From assembly GCA_002269645.1 (NCBI GenBank), contig NIVC01000158.1, positions 784,514 to 848,513 of the forward strand: DNA of 64,000 nucleotides, written 5' to 3'. A model generated the notes under the pieces. It made no database searches. It saw only the letters and a program-made list of their open reading frames with translations, and was not told the DNA's origin. The stretch is from Macrostomum lignano. Lineage: Eukaryota. A program made the position numbers and the translations under genes. Below are positions 1 through 14,708 of this stretch, one piece after another (position 1 is the first letter of the stretch; each line of letters opens with the position of its first letter).

Positions 1-192
1 CTACTGACTAGCTAATTGTTGGCTACTGACTAAGCTAATTGTTGGCTACTGACTAAGCTAATTGTTGGCTACTGACTAGCTGATTGTTGGCTACTGACTA
101 GCTAACTGTTGGCTACTGACTAGCTGATTGCTGGCTACTGATTAGCTAATTGTTGGCTACTGACTAGCTCATTGTTGGCTACTGACTAAGCT
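1..192. repeat. 22-23 bp minisatellite (CTACTGACTAGCTAATTGTTGG), cut by window start
   Basis: About 8 imperfect tandem units read directly. Confidence 0.9.
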
Positions 193-614
193 TGGGAATT
201 CAAACTCGCGCCAAATCTGATTTGTTTATCTTATCTTACGCAGGCTGAGAATGGACCAACTATCACCCATATTACTGTTATTGCGCTGTACAAAACTGAG
301 GTTTTCAATCGATATCTTTCTGACGATTCTAGCATCCTTGAGATGAACCATTTATTACTCATTCTTCAATCCAATCTAATGGTGTTATTGCACTTGTAGC
401 CATATTTTGGCTTGCAAATTTGGTTTGCATGCATTGGAAGCCGCATCTTACACTCATTGACGACTCTATAGTACATGGTGTAGCGTTGTTACACCTAATT
501 AATGGACGAATTTTCTCATCCTATCGACTCATTTTCGATTCAATAAGCTGGACACTCAATACACACGCTCGCTTTTGCACTGCTTCATTAGTACAGTGCG
601 GAATTTCTATAGAT

Positions 615-1026
<412 letters not shown>

Positions 1027-2390
1027 TATACGCTAAGCACTATAAAAGGACAGAAATACAAGCTAAATACTGACTCCGTACCTGCGCATTTTAGGGTTCA
1101 AACAGGGTTCCTTAATCAAGCAGTAATCACTGGTACTGAGCAATCCTCCCACAACTCCGGCCTTTATCACTTGCGAATTCCGGCAAATTTCCCCCACTTT
1201 AGTTCCTGGTGATTTCCCTCGGGAATCTCATTGTCGACCAGTCAAGCTGCTCTTGAGTAAACTCGGAGGAAGGTCCCAAGGAAACAAAGGAGGCTGCTAG
1301 ATAGTCAAGCTAGTTGAACTTATAAAAGCCTGAGCGACTAAGTTGGGAGGTAGCGCCTCTACGAGCATATCGTTGAGTAAAAATCATTAAGAAAGTAATC
1401 AGTCTGTGAAAAGCACCTCTAAAATGGAAACAGAATTCTTTGGAATACTTCTGAAATATTGAGCTGTAGATCTGTGTGTGAAAGTGTGTGAAAGTCGGGA
1501 AACCCGCATCGCACAGTGACAGGCAATAAGTGCGTGACATTGGGCACGTTTAACTCAGGGAGTGCAGCTTCCGCATGCCGTCAGTAAGCGGGAGAGGGGG
1601 AGAGATGCTTGTTGTCAACGAGAGAAGGATAACGTGAGGAACTTGAGAAATCGCACTTGAGTTGAGGATGTCTAAACCAGGCGAGCATATGTAGAAGTGC
1701 GGGAAGGCAGTGCTCCGGAGCCTGTCTTGAGCCTGTCGAATTTCCGTACACTTTATTATATATATATATATATATAATATTACGAGCACTCTATCTTAAA
1801 GGAAAGGAGATGGAAGGAAAAGTGACTCAAGTGTACTCTTAACCAATTGAGCACTGAGGTGTATAAGCACCTATTGAAACAGACATCAGCTCGTGTTTAG
1901 AAATCACTAAGTTAGGTTTTAAAGCTCAGAAGTTTTTGATACGAAGGGCCTGTGTCTCTAGGAATGTACTGATTCACAACAACAAAATACGCTGCCAAAA
2001 ATGTCCTGAGTAAAAGATTACAGCTACAGTTCATGAAGCATCGCTACTGGCTAAGTCGGGGGCGCCCGGCGTCAGCCAGTAGGCAGAGACACGGCTTCTC
2101 ATGTATCTTTTTTGCTTCTGAGAAAATGCCGGTCCTATAAGGCCTTGGGGCTGAAGTCGGTCAGTGGTGACAAGAAAAATTACCGCGGGTGGGGGGAACT
2201 GGTCAAGGAGTATCCTGCAGCTGGGAGGCAGAGTCCAGCGAAGTGCAGCTGCACTCCCCTCGTAATTGGACGTCATGCATTGGGCTGACAGGAGGAGAGG
2301 GGAAAGACTAACAGCTTCTTGTCTGCAATTTTATACTATGATCGTATAATATTTATTGCCAGCTTACAAGCAAACTTCCTGACCTAGTCT

Positions 2391-3420
<1,030 letters not shown>

Positions 3421-4122
3421 AAAGATGTGATAGAGGTTAGGAGGTAAAGTAAATCGAAACGATGAGAAAAGCTGAGACAGGAGAGCAGCAGAGGTCCCCT
3501 CGCTCAGAACAAACGCTCAAAACGAGACCTTGGCAGACGTATTGACAGCTGAGCTAAATTAATCTTCAGTAGCCAGTTCTGGACTGCTATTTTCCAAGAA
3601 TTATCACCTTATCTACATTAAGCTTCATCAAAGCATCAGCGAGGAAACCAGATTCTCGTAGGTAAATTCTCCATGACCCCGCCTGATCACTTGAAATTTC
3701 TCCGGGCCAGAACTGGGCCGGAATCCTTCCCGCGCCTTGGGAGAGGGAGAGTATATCAGCGAACTCCTGGGAATAAACAGGGAACCGGGAGCTCGAGTAG
3801 GAGCCCGCTCGGGGGCGGGGGAGGAGGGGGAAGAAGCTGGGACTACACCATCGACTATGATGAAGCATAGTATCACAGCGGCAGCTCGGATGCTTGTGAA
3901 AGGAGAGAGAGGAGTGAGATACTGCCGCTGGAGTTGCTGCCAAGGGTATGCGGGGATAAGTGAATTGGGCGCAGCCGACGATCAAGATTATGGGATTAGT
4001 GGAATAGGATTGGGTGGCTTTGAAGCCAGGGGACCGCGACGCTACAGACCTCTGCTGCTCTCCTGTCTCAGCTTTTCTCATCGTTTCGATTTACTTTACC
4101 TCCTTACCGTTATCACATCTTT
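3421..4122. mobile_element. Foldback-like element core with 76-bp inverted repeats
   Basis: 3421-3496 (AAAGATGTGATAGAGGTTAGGAGGTAAAG...GCAGAGGTC) is the reverse complement of 4047-4122 with only a few mismatches. It is flanked by mirrored microsatellites. The inverted repeat is seen directly; the mobile-element label is inference. Confidence 0.55.
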
Positions 4123-4940
<818 letters not shown>

Positions 4941-6689
4941 GTGGCAGCATAAGAGCTGGGCAGTGCTGAAGGCAGGGCAGTCAGTCGCTCATCTGTGGCC
5001 GGCAAACTTGGAGGAGATAAATGACCCGAGGGGAGGAGACGGCCGGAGAGGCTGGGCGGACTCAGCTGTCCTGATTTAATCAGCGAACCGCTCTCTCCTC
5101 TTCGAAGTTCGCCTGCCTCTTGCAGAGAAAGAGGCTGAAAGGCTGAAGGGAGGGCAGGCGGCTGCTGGGCTAAGGCAGCTCCTCTATATAAAGTCTCCAA
5201 TGCCCGATAGATCCCCATCGCTGAGGCAATCCCTTCTTCATTCTTGAATGCCCTGTCGCAGCCCGCAGGTTTGGGGAGGGGGGGGGGTTGACTGGGAAGG
5301 CTTTTTCGAAGTCCAGACTGATGAGGCTTCCACAGCCGGCTCCCATGGTTGCTCGTTAGAAAAGGTGCAGGGACGAGCATCCATGGTTTGTCGGGGACTC
5401 CCTTGCACGAGGAGATCATTAGCAGTGGGCGCTCCATCTCCCTTCTCTCTCTCTCTCACCCCTCCTCTCCTGCTTTTCAATTCGGAGCACACTGGCTGAG
5501 TCCCCCCGGTGTCAATCAAATCCACGCTGCGAGTTGGCTGTAAAATTTTCTTGCTTCAAAGCCACAGAGTCTTTTCAGTTGCCGTCTGAGCTGTCCAGGT
5601 TGGGAAAATCTGCGGAAAAAATACGTAGATTCACTCCGGCTTTCTTAATCAAGGAGGGTTCATTCAACAAACTGAATATGCGTTCATGTGGGCTTTGGTT
5701 TGCATTCGGGTGGCACCGGAGTGTCTTTAGAGTGACGCAGGAGTGGCCGGGGGTTGTCGTGCGATTCACAGCCATGAGGGCCAACCCCCAAGGCGCAGAG
5801 AGTACATGCCTGACGATTAGACAGTCAGGACCGGACCTGCTACAGGCCGGATCACTACCCTGACTATCACAGTGAACGAGCCGAAGATGGCGTCAAGTCA
5901 ACTGGCCGGACTGACTTCGGACTCTGAGCGGGGGATCGCGTCAGGAGACTTAATCAGCCCGTCCCTATAGCACAGATTAATTCCCGCCAGTCCCTCAAAT
6001 AAGAAAGACACGCGACTCACTCTGTTTCTTCGGGTAACAACGGTGGCGGCAGCAGGGGTGGCTTCTCTCAATGTTCTCTCTTCAGTCTATAGAATAGACA
6101 GGTATCTAGATTGCAGTCTTAGACTTATGGCTGTGACTTGCACAATTCAACCAAAAAGATGCCTTCCCTACCGCCGCTCCTGCACACATTTATATTTACG
6201 CTAGCTAGCCAAAATTACGATCGTCTTATAAAAGTTACAAAGTCGGGGTCGCGATTGGAGGGGTGAAAGAATACAAACCGATTGGCTGGACCACCAGCCA
6301 ATCGCGGGCGAGCGAGGGGGCGCACTAGAGCCGCAGCCAGCCAAAACCGGCTGACCCAACAGACAGTGGGGTGGGTGCAACTGGGGGGGGGGGTGGGGTA
6401 CACAGAATGGGGGGTTGACGCAAACAATATTGGGGGTGTTGGCGCTGGCACGCGGCCGGGAGCCGGGAGCCAGAGATTGCTCATCGGTGCAAGTGCACCC
6501 GGGCACAACATTATTACTATAAGATTAGTTATGTTATACCTCTTCGACAGAAAATCTTGAATTTTGAAAAATGAATTTCCCGCGTAGTAATTTAGCGTGG
6601 CTTAGGAATTTCTGCAGTGTTTTTCTAATTGAAGCTTTGGTCCCGATAAGCCGAGCCTTAAACTTGGTCAGGACGAAATCCAATACTTC

Positions 6690-7235
6690 GACTCTGCAGC
6701 CTTCTTAGGTGTCATTCTAGTTACGGAACTTAGCTTTAAACAACTATTTCCAAGTCAAGCTCTATGCCATGAGGAGGATCGCTAGGAACACCAGGATCAC
6801 CCATCTACAGGTCTTACATTGAGAGTGGTATGACCTATGGTGCGCCTATTCTCATCGATGCTTCGGACACGCTCCTCCAAAAATTCCAGGTACGAGCGTA
6901 CTCCAAAACCAGGCGCTAAGATCTCCCTTGATGTGCCTGCTTACACAGAAACTAGTTGTACCTTCATGAACTCACCAAGATTCCCAAGTTCAAAGAGAGA
7001 ATCTGGAACCTGGGTAGAAGGCAGCGAACTTGAAAAAATAAAACCAGAAGACTCTAAATAGAGTACCCCATACTCAACAAATACTACAAGCCATAAATTA
7101 ACATAAACGCTCAAAACAAACCCAATGCTGAGACAGTTATTGAGGTAGAAATTGGTAAACTAGCGCCAGACATTTCATAACAGCCCTACCCGCTCAGACT
7201 CTTAATATTAATAAATAATAATAGTCTTAATAAAT
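6690..7235 (+). mobile_element. Degenerate non-LTR retrotransposon (LINE) 3' fragment, RT C-terminal region
   Basis: From 6702: FLGVILVTELSFKQ, resembling YLGVxLDxxLxFxxH. After a frameshift, from 6803: IYRSYIESGMTYGAPIL...LQKFQV...LHELTKIPKFKERI, resembling the LYKSxIRPxLEYGxPIW region of LINE RTs. Contains stops, and has a (TAA)-rich tail near 7200-7235. Confidence 0.75.
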
Positions 7236-7347
7236 ACAGCATTGGCGGAGAGTGTCTGACACTTACGAGGCAGAGGTTTCTGCTTTTATTCTGCTTTCTC
7301 ATATCTTTGCCAGCACTTTTTCTGACAGTCCGATGGAGTCTGCGGGT

Positions 7348-7350
<3 letters not shown>

Positions 7351-7408
<58 letters not shown>
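7351..7408. repeat. (GA)n microsatellite
   Basis: Direct reading; about 320 bp upstream of the orphan ORF. Confidence 0.97.
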
Positions 7409-7410
<2 letters not shown>

Positions 7411-7727
7411 AGCTACTAAGGTGAAGAAATATCAGTGGAGCTTATTGTTCCCCCCCATCCCACCCTCCCCAGTCGCGTTGCCAAGTGCGCGCGCCAGCTC
7501 GGCTCTCTATTATGCTTGAAGCAGAATCCCTGCATGGGCCGAGACGTCTTCTCTGTGAGCTTCTGCAGTTTAATGTACACTCAGCTAGCTAAAAGCGCCG
7601 CGAGACTTAGTTGAAGGGAGAGCGCAGCCCAGATATATCAAGTCCGCTGACAGAAGCGCAGCGACTATAAATCAAAGCAGGAGGCGTCGGAGAATTGCTT
7701 GACAATTGTCAATCTAGCTAGCTGACA

Positions 7728-8606
7728 ATGTGCGCAGCAGTGGCCAGTCACGCGGTCGGCTCCTATCCCTATCCACAGGCGATCCTGTCCCAGGTGACCC
7801 AGCCGCTCCCTGTCGGGTCGCCGGCGCCGGGCCGACCGTGCCGCAACGCCACTCACATGCGTTCCGCCGACGGTCAGGCGGCAGTGTACACACTGGATGG
7901 TCCGCTGCGGTCTCGGGTGCCTTTGGAGGCTGGCTTCCCTTCTGTCCGGCTGCGCCTGCGGCCGCTGCACGCCACCACGGCGTCCACTTGGACGGCCCGA
8001 CGCGACGACCAGCTGGCGGCTTACTTCAGCGAGGCCGCCGGCCGCTACCGGGTTCATCCGGGCGCCGGCCGCTGGGCCAGCAGGACCGGTGAAATTGCCA
8101 CTGCGAACGGTGCGCCGGCTTCTTCCTTCTTTCCTGACGATCCCGCAGTGCCCCGACGCCGGCCCCTGACTGTGGGCGTGGGAAATCGGAAGAACCTCTG
8201 CTCCAGCAGCCGAGGCGTGGTCTTCGCTGCGTGCACCAACGCTGAGCCGGTCGACGCCTCGGTGGCCACGGAGTCGCGCGACTGCTACCGTCGCCGCGAA
8301 GCCGCCGGCAGCGCCTCGTCAACGGAAGAGGAGCGCCAGAGTCGGCTGGAGGTGCAGCGGCATCGGGAGCGGATGCGCGAATCGGCGCAAGTTGCCGACC
8401 TGCTGGCGCCGGCCGGAGCTGCTGGCGGCGACTCCCGCAGCCGGTTCTGGTCGGAGAGCGCCCGGGCCAACGCCAGCGTCGGTGAAAGTTCCCCAATGCG
8501 CCGCTGCAGCACCGCTCCGGCCGAGACTTCATTTCGGCGAGTGTCTGGCAACCGGGTGCTGTCCCGTCTGCGAGACCAGTGCGCCCACATGCCTGTCATT
8601 TCGTGA
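7728..8606 (+). CDS. Intronless GC-rich hypothetical protein, 292 aa, no recognised domain
   Basis: True ATG at 7728 and TGA at 8604-8606. The GC-rich island coincides with the ORF, as it does for the confirmed genes here. TATAAA lies at about 7665. No homology recognised. Confidence 0.6.
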   Translation: MCAAVASHAVGSYPYPQAILSQVTQPLPVGSPAPGRPCRNATHMRSADGQAAVYTLDGPLRSRVPLEAGFPSVRLRLRPLHATTASTWTARRDDQLAAYFSEAAGRYRVHPGAGRWASRTGEIATANGAPASSFFPDDPAVPRRRPLTVGVGNRKNLCSSSRGVVFAACTNAEPVDASVATESRDCYRRREAAGSASSTEEERQSRLEVQRHRERMRESAQVADLLAPAGAAGGDSRSRFWSESARANASVGESSPMRRCSTAPAETSFRRVSGNRVLSRLRDQCAHMPVIS

Positions 8607-11167
8607 TTCAATCCTGCTCAATCACTGATGCATCTCTGTGTCAAATTATGTCTATTGTAATTCAGGACAGCGCCTGACAAGCGAGTCAGATTTTTGTCAA
8701 AAGGGGCTGTCAAAAATTAGACTGCAGGACCGAATGTCTGCAATATCAATATAGTGTGTCAGACAAATCCACTATAAGGTTCTTGCAGAGACCGATTTAA
8801 CAACAGATCGACTCAAAGGCCCTGAAAAGTAAAATTATGCTCAGTCAAGGGAATCCAAGAGAAACCCTGAGCTCAAAAACATTAATTGATGCGTGCTACG
8901 CGTATATTGAATAGTTTGCAAAACTGGCATATCCTTAAAGGATTAGTGAGCAGGAAAAAAACTATTGTAAACTATAAAACATATTGTAATCTTCATATTT
9001 GAATTTATTTGGCAATGCAAGTGCTATTGGAAAAAAACAATACTAAAAACACTGGTGCATTTTTGTGTGTTCTCTTTTTCAGTTTCGAAAAAATGGTATA
9101 ACTATAGCTAGGCTCACTTCGGGATGACTGATGAGTAAGGGAAGGAGCGTTGATGAGCTTTGACCACTTGCAGGCATTGGCCTATCAAAATCAATTCTCT
9201 TATAAATTACATGCTTAGCTATACACGAAGCTAAATTTTTCAAACAGAGAAAAGTGCAAATAAAATCTTTAAAGACAAGCTCGCTTCCTGTAAATAATCA
9301 GCCATTAGCTTGCGTATCCCAGCATTATAGATTGGGTTGCAGATTTTCCAGAGTTGATCTCAAATTGCGGGCATGCTCCACTGCAGTAGATCAAAGATTT
9401 AAGTAGATCAAGGGGATGCAAAAACACATTAATCACCCGCAAGGAAGCATAAGACAGGACTGTATGCGAGCAATGTTAGCCATTCGATCCCAAAAAGAAT
9501 TCTTTTTGAGCCTAGAATGGATTTAAATAATCTGCTAAAGAAAAGGCAAGGTCCTGCATTCTCGCAATAAATTTAACGCCGAAAACTGAACCCCAACTAG
9601 AATGCATGGTAGCTATTAATATTATTCTCGAAAAAGAGACTTCAACTTTCTAAAAAGTAGGAATCGCTGATTATGTGCCTACTCACAGTAGTATCGATAA
9701 TTTTTATTTTTAAAGCAACACGATCAATAATTGGCATCGAATTTTATGCCAAACTGAGTTTATCAATCCGAGCCTCCATTTTTGTAAAGTACCTGCTATC
9801 ACAAGTACATTAACTAATGCAATGAAGCCTAACAGGTGAAGTGACACCGTGAAATAAAAATAAAAAACTACAAAAGTACGAGCTTTTACTCGTACTATGT
9901 CTATACCACAGGTACTATAAACACTGTTTATTAGTATCTGTGGTCTATAGTATCTGTGTTTATAGTATCTGTGGTCTATACTACGTAACTATACGCAAAT
10001 ATCCGCGGACTATATTGTCCGCCGATTATACGCGGACTACTTTCTACTTGTACAAAAATGGCTTATAGACTTAGAGAGCTGACTAACAAAAAATGGCAAC
10101 CGATTGGTCAACGAAAATGGGGAGGGTAGCTACAAGATCGAGTTGGATCAATCTGGCCTTTAAAAATAAATACATGCAGCTAGAGCTTCGTGACTCGCAG
10201 CACGCCTCTGCAACTGCATTGAACTGTGACCGGCGGCCTCCTGCTGATGGTGTTCAACGCTTAGTGTGCATCTACATGAATTGTTGTTCTTTGTCTACAT
10301 GAACTGGACAACGTGTTTGAGACGTTTTCAAGAGACAGTTTTCCGAAAAAAAAATCGAAAGCAATTATATTATGGTGTATCACATCTACATGCATGTATA
10401 AATCATCTAACCCTTATCCTAAATGATAAATATGTTGATTATGATTTTAGCCCTCGTAAAGTTTTTGTCATTTTAGGAAGAAATCAAAACTGTGAATTTA
10501 TCTTTTTAGAAATTGTGTACTTTGCAAAATTACTGCTTCCAGGACCGGATAGGATAACATTCAGAATCGCTACTATAGTGCAACCAGGCTGACTTCTTCG
10601 GTTAAAAAACCCCTCCAAAAAAGGGAAGGGGAAAAAGTGAATCTTTGCCACAATACAGGCCCTAATCCATCCCTATCGTGAAGTCTGGCATTGGTGGATG
10701 GATGTATTATAGAATTTCTTGCTTCGTGGCTGATTCAATGTGTTCGGAATTTCGACGGAATTAATAAATTTATAACGACGTATACTCGTAGTAGCTAATT
10801 AGGCTTGGTTCGTTCGTTCGTCCTACTTTACTTTTAATCGTTTAATAAAAAAATTACATGGCTGTAACTGTAGAGTGTAGACTGTATACCTAGGTCTTTA
10901 AGTTAGTTGCTTCAATTTAGTTAGTTAGGCCTAAAATTATTTGTCTTAAGGTTTTATACCATTATTGTTATAGGGGCCTAGCTACTAGCTAGAAGAATAT
11001 CTTTTATTTGAAAATATGCAGTTTTAGGCCTACTTAGAGCAGCCAGCTGCCAGCTCTACTCGAAAGGTTTACATAATTAGTTAGATTTTTCGCCCTATTT
11101 GGCCCTGATTTTTTATTTTTGATACTGCCTTCTAACAAATTTCTACTAGGCCTAATCTACTTAAGCC

Positions 11168-11953
11168 TAGGGTTCCCAATCCCGGGATCCCAGCTTTTTG
11201 TTAGTGTTTGGGATCCCAGGATTAGCAATTAGGGGTCCAGGATCCCAGTAAACACAGGATTGGAATTTACACTTTGCAGAAGTGAATATTTTTCATCTTG
11301 CAGTTGCTGTTAGCACTTAACTTAACAGTTTTGAGAGAAATTTTGTATCCTGAGAATAAAGTTATAGAATGAAGGATAGGTAGGACTATCAATCAACTGT
11401 ATCAAGCACTAGGCCCTACTAGTCACTAGACTAAGGCCTAAGGGGTCTAACTCTAGTCTAGACTCTAACTGTCTAAGTGGCAATGGCCTGGACACTGGGC
11501 CCACTGGCCTGGGCCCTGCCGCAGTGCGTAGGCTAGGCCATAGGCGCAGCTAAGGAAGGGAAAGGGAAAATGGAGGTGGGGTGTGGACTGGGTTCTGAGT
11601 CTGAGTGTGTGTGAGGTAGTCTGTATTGGGGGCAGAAAGAGGCACCAGCGCAGCATATATGGTCCTAGGATCTAAGAGGAAAAGGTGTAGTTTAGTAATA
11701 GTATGTATGTACAACTAATAACTACATATAACTTCAACTATTTTATCAATGCAGTTCTACTCGTATAGGCTAGAAATAAAAAGTAGAAACCCAAATAATG
11801 CTCAATTTGGTTGAGAAATTGTTTTGTGGACAATGGGAAAGCTTCCCATAAATTTGTTTGTTCAATCCTGGGATTGGCCTGGGATCTTGGGATTGGGTCA
11901 ATTTTTTGTCCAGGATCCTGGGATTGTAAAATTTCTGGGATTTGAGACCCCTA
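11168..11953. mobile_element. Non-autonomous hAT-type element (MITE), 786 bp
   Basis: Imperfect TIRs TAGGGTTCCCAATCCC ... GGGATTTGAGACCCCTA. 8-bp target duplication CTTAAGCC (11160-11167) / CTTAGGCC (11954-11961). Clusters of GGATCC(C)AG/CTGGGAT subterminal motifs at both ends. TAGGG termini plus an 8-bp TSD are established hAT hallmarks. Confidence 0.8.
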
Positions 11954-12237
11954 CTTAGGCCTAATTTAATACTATAATTCTTATTTTAAAAAATCTGCTT
12001 AGGACCTAGGCCTAATATCTGGATCTGATCTAATATCCTAGATTATATTTAATATTTACAATTGGCTAGACCTAAGGCTGAATAAGCTTGAATTAGGGCT
12101 AGAATTATCTAAATTCTTTAGACTTAAATGTAAGGCCTATTTCTAAAGAACTAGGCCTATTTTTGATCATTTAAATAAATATTTATTTATATTTACATAA
12201 TTTAATATGGCTCCAAAATTATTTTTGAAACTCTATA

Positions 12238-12905
12238 GGATATGCAGTCATTTTGTCTGTTGCCTTTTTGTCTGCTGGTAGACAAAATGACTTTTTAAAA
12301 AGAAAAATTAAAATATCACTATGTAAATCATAAAGCTATTTTTTATTATAAGATATTGCAAGTCATGTAAAGAGTTATTATATGATATCTATTTGCATGT
12401 GTAATATTGTTAATACAATATTTCAAAGATATATTATATTTAATTTAAACGTCCATTGAAAAAAAAACTTTTGTGATAGTCAGTTAGAGTCATTAGTGAA
12501 TTAGAAGATAGAGTAGTTTGTAGTTAAATATGATTGTGAGCATTCTTATGATCCGTGGCCCTATTTCAATCCAATGATAATAGTGCATTTGTTGTCTTAT
12601 TGCAAATTTTATTTAAACTTAACTTCAAATTATATAAACTTACAAACTTACATATATATAAATACTTATAAACTTATATATATAAATCAAGTCAAACTTT
12701 GGTGGGTCTTAAAATAATATTTGTAGATATACTTGCACTTTTTAAAAATGAGTTCATTATCTTTACTTTTAAGTTTTTTTTAAAGATATACAGTCTTGAT
12801 TTCCATGATTAGACTGACATTGTACTCAATATTTTGTTGGTAGACAAAATGATTGTATTGTAATTTTGTAGACAAAAGAGTGACAGACAAAATGACCGCC
12901 AACCC
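12238..12905. mobile_element. Probable MITE
   Basis: GCAGTCATTTTGTCTGT (12244-12260) pairs with ACAGACAAAATGACCGC (12883-12899), 16/17. GACAAAATGA is repeated subterminally around an AT-rich interior. No clean TSD. Confidence 0.55.
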
Positions 12906-13059
12906 TTTATAGCAATAGGTACTAGCTCCTTCCCCTTCTAGGCCTATCTATTTGTAATCATAAGCCAAGGCATAACATAGCTAGCTAGTAATATGGTTGA
13001 TATTACTAGCATATATACATATGGTCATACATACATATGGTCATATATACATATGGTTG

Positions 13060-13240
13060 ACTGGCCTATTGGTTAGCCTGCTCACTGGCCTATTGGTTGG
13101 CTTGCTCACTGGCCCACTGCTTAGCCTGCTCATTGGCCCATTGGTTGGTCTGCTTATTGGCCCATTGCTTAGCTTACTACTTGGCCTACTTACCAGCCCA
13201 TTGTTTAGTGCACTTACTGGCCTACTGACTAGACCATTAA
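13060..13240. repeat. Degenerate 24-bp minisatellite (CTGGCCTATTGGTTAGCCTGCTCA)
   Basis: About 7 decaying units; it explains the LLTGLLVG-type ORF at 12997. Confidence 0.75.
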
Positions 13241-14360
13241 CCAGTATGGCATAAGCCCAAGCTATGGCTAAGCACTAGATAATAGATATATGAATAGTTC
13301 TTCAGTAAATAATGGAATACAAGTAAAATGCTGCATTAATACTCATCCTTGTTCATTAAAAGACATATAGATGCAACTTAAATTGGCAAAACATGATGTA
13401 CACTAGCATCTTATCTTGATATTTAGATGTGTGGCTTAAATTTTAGAAGTTCTTGGCCTTTAAGAGCAAGTAAATAGTTTACTAATAAAAGACAGCCAGT
13501 AAAACACATTTTGTTACTGAAATCTTGTTACCAACAGAGTAAGATCTACAATAGAAGGTTGAAAGTAAAGACATTCATAATTGTGCCAATGAGCAATGTA
13601 TGTTAGAAATGTTCCATCATTTTAACATGATTGGCAATTTCGTTTTTTATTCTGGCATGTGCTTAGCATTGTTTCTAATGTGGCACAAAACAACAACAAA
13701 ATATGCAGCCCCATGTTACAAGGTCACAGTATAATATGACAGCTATGTAGTATAGGGGATAATCTAAATAAAAAATCCAATAATAGAAAATCAAAATAAT
13801 AAATAAATCATAAATAGGAAATATAAAAAGAGCATATATTAATTTACTATCAATAAAATATATAATACATTTAGCTCCATAAAAGTTTTTAGATAAATCT
13901 AAAACATTTAAATACCAAATTTGCTATTGTCATTGCCAGTTAAAATAAATCAATAAATATAAAGCTATTACTTTAAAGTTAAACAAAGGCAGTTTAGCCT
14001 AAATCTATTTGGTTAGCAAAGTTAGCAATGTTAACAAATAAAATATTTGAGATGTTTTTTAGTCATTAAAAAACAAAAAAATTATGTTGTATACATATAT
14101 ATATATATATAAATATACATTCATAAGCTATTAATGCATTAGTAAATTTCTAATGCTGTGTATGGCAAAAATTAATGGCCTCAACATCTTAGCTTCTGAT
14201 TTTGGATTATTGTGTTTTGACAAATTTAGACACACCAGCTTTGATTTTTGCATCTTTTATTGAGACCCCAGGTGGCATATTGGCATCCTGTTAAGGGTTC
14301 ATATTAAGCAATTGTTCAAGTATTTTTCTTATTAAATTTTTACATTTGATGATAAGCAAA

Positions 14361-14657
14361 GGGTAGGAGATTGTAGTCTAGTAGCCTTGGACTTCCACCT
14401 GAAAGGTCAGGGGTTCGATTCCCGATCCTACTGGAACAATGTGTGTCCTTGAACACTTGACAGTTAACTCTGCATTGCTTCAGTTCACCCAGCTGTAAAA
14501 TGGGTGCCAGCACTAGCTGGGGTAATTGATGGTGTGTGGCGACTCCCCAGTTGGGCTAAACAGCCGTACGCAGCCTTCAGATGCGCCGCGCAATATCTGC
14601 GGCTGAGCTGTCGGTTGCACATCTGGCCATTGGGGCCAGGCAAACAGGCAAAATAAC
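14361..14657 (+). mobile_element. tRNA-derived SINE with CORE-like central domain (copy 1)
   Basis: B box GGTTCGATTCCC, followed by GTGTCCTTG...TTAACTCTGCATTGCTTCAGTTCACCCAGCTGTAAAATGGG, which resembles the MIR/CORE domain. Homologous to three other copies in the window. Confidence 0.85.
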
Positions 14658-14708
14658 GAGCCCTATATAATTTATATAACCTCCCCGCCACTCCAGCCAA
14701 GCTAAAAA

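Noticed and set aside
5317-5345. CTGATGA followed by a GGCT/AGCC stem, hammerhead-like; also CTGATGA...GAAAC at about 59797
   Set aside because: The first lacks the required GAAA after stem II. The second lacks stem II and stem III pairing.
4941-6100. GC-moderate segment with a broken minus-strand ORF (172 aa and 69 aa) ending in the AGAT tract, possibly a LINE ORF1 or 5' region
   Set aside because: No diagnostic motif; a repeat-library search is needed.
6200-6530. GC-rich block with the hairpin GATTGGCTGG-ACCA-CCAGCCAATC and a Helitron-like end (GTGCACCCGGGCAC)
   Set aside because: No TC...CTRR termini could be fixed, and a single 10-bp hairpin is near chance expectation.
14361-14440. tRNA-like sequences here and at about 21.5, 23.5, 25.8 and 39.7 kb as tRNA genes
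   Set aside because: They lack complete cloverleaves and continue into shared SINE bodies.
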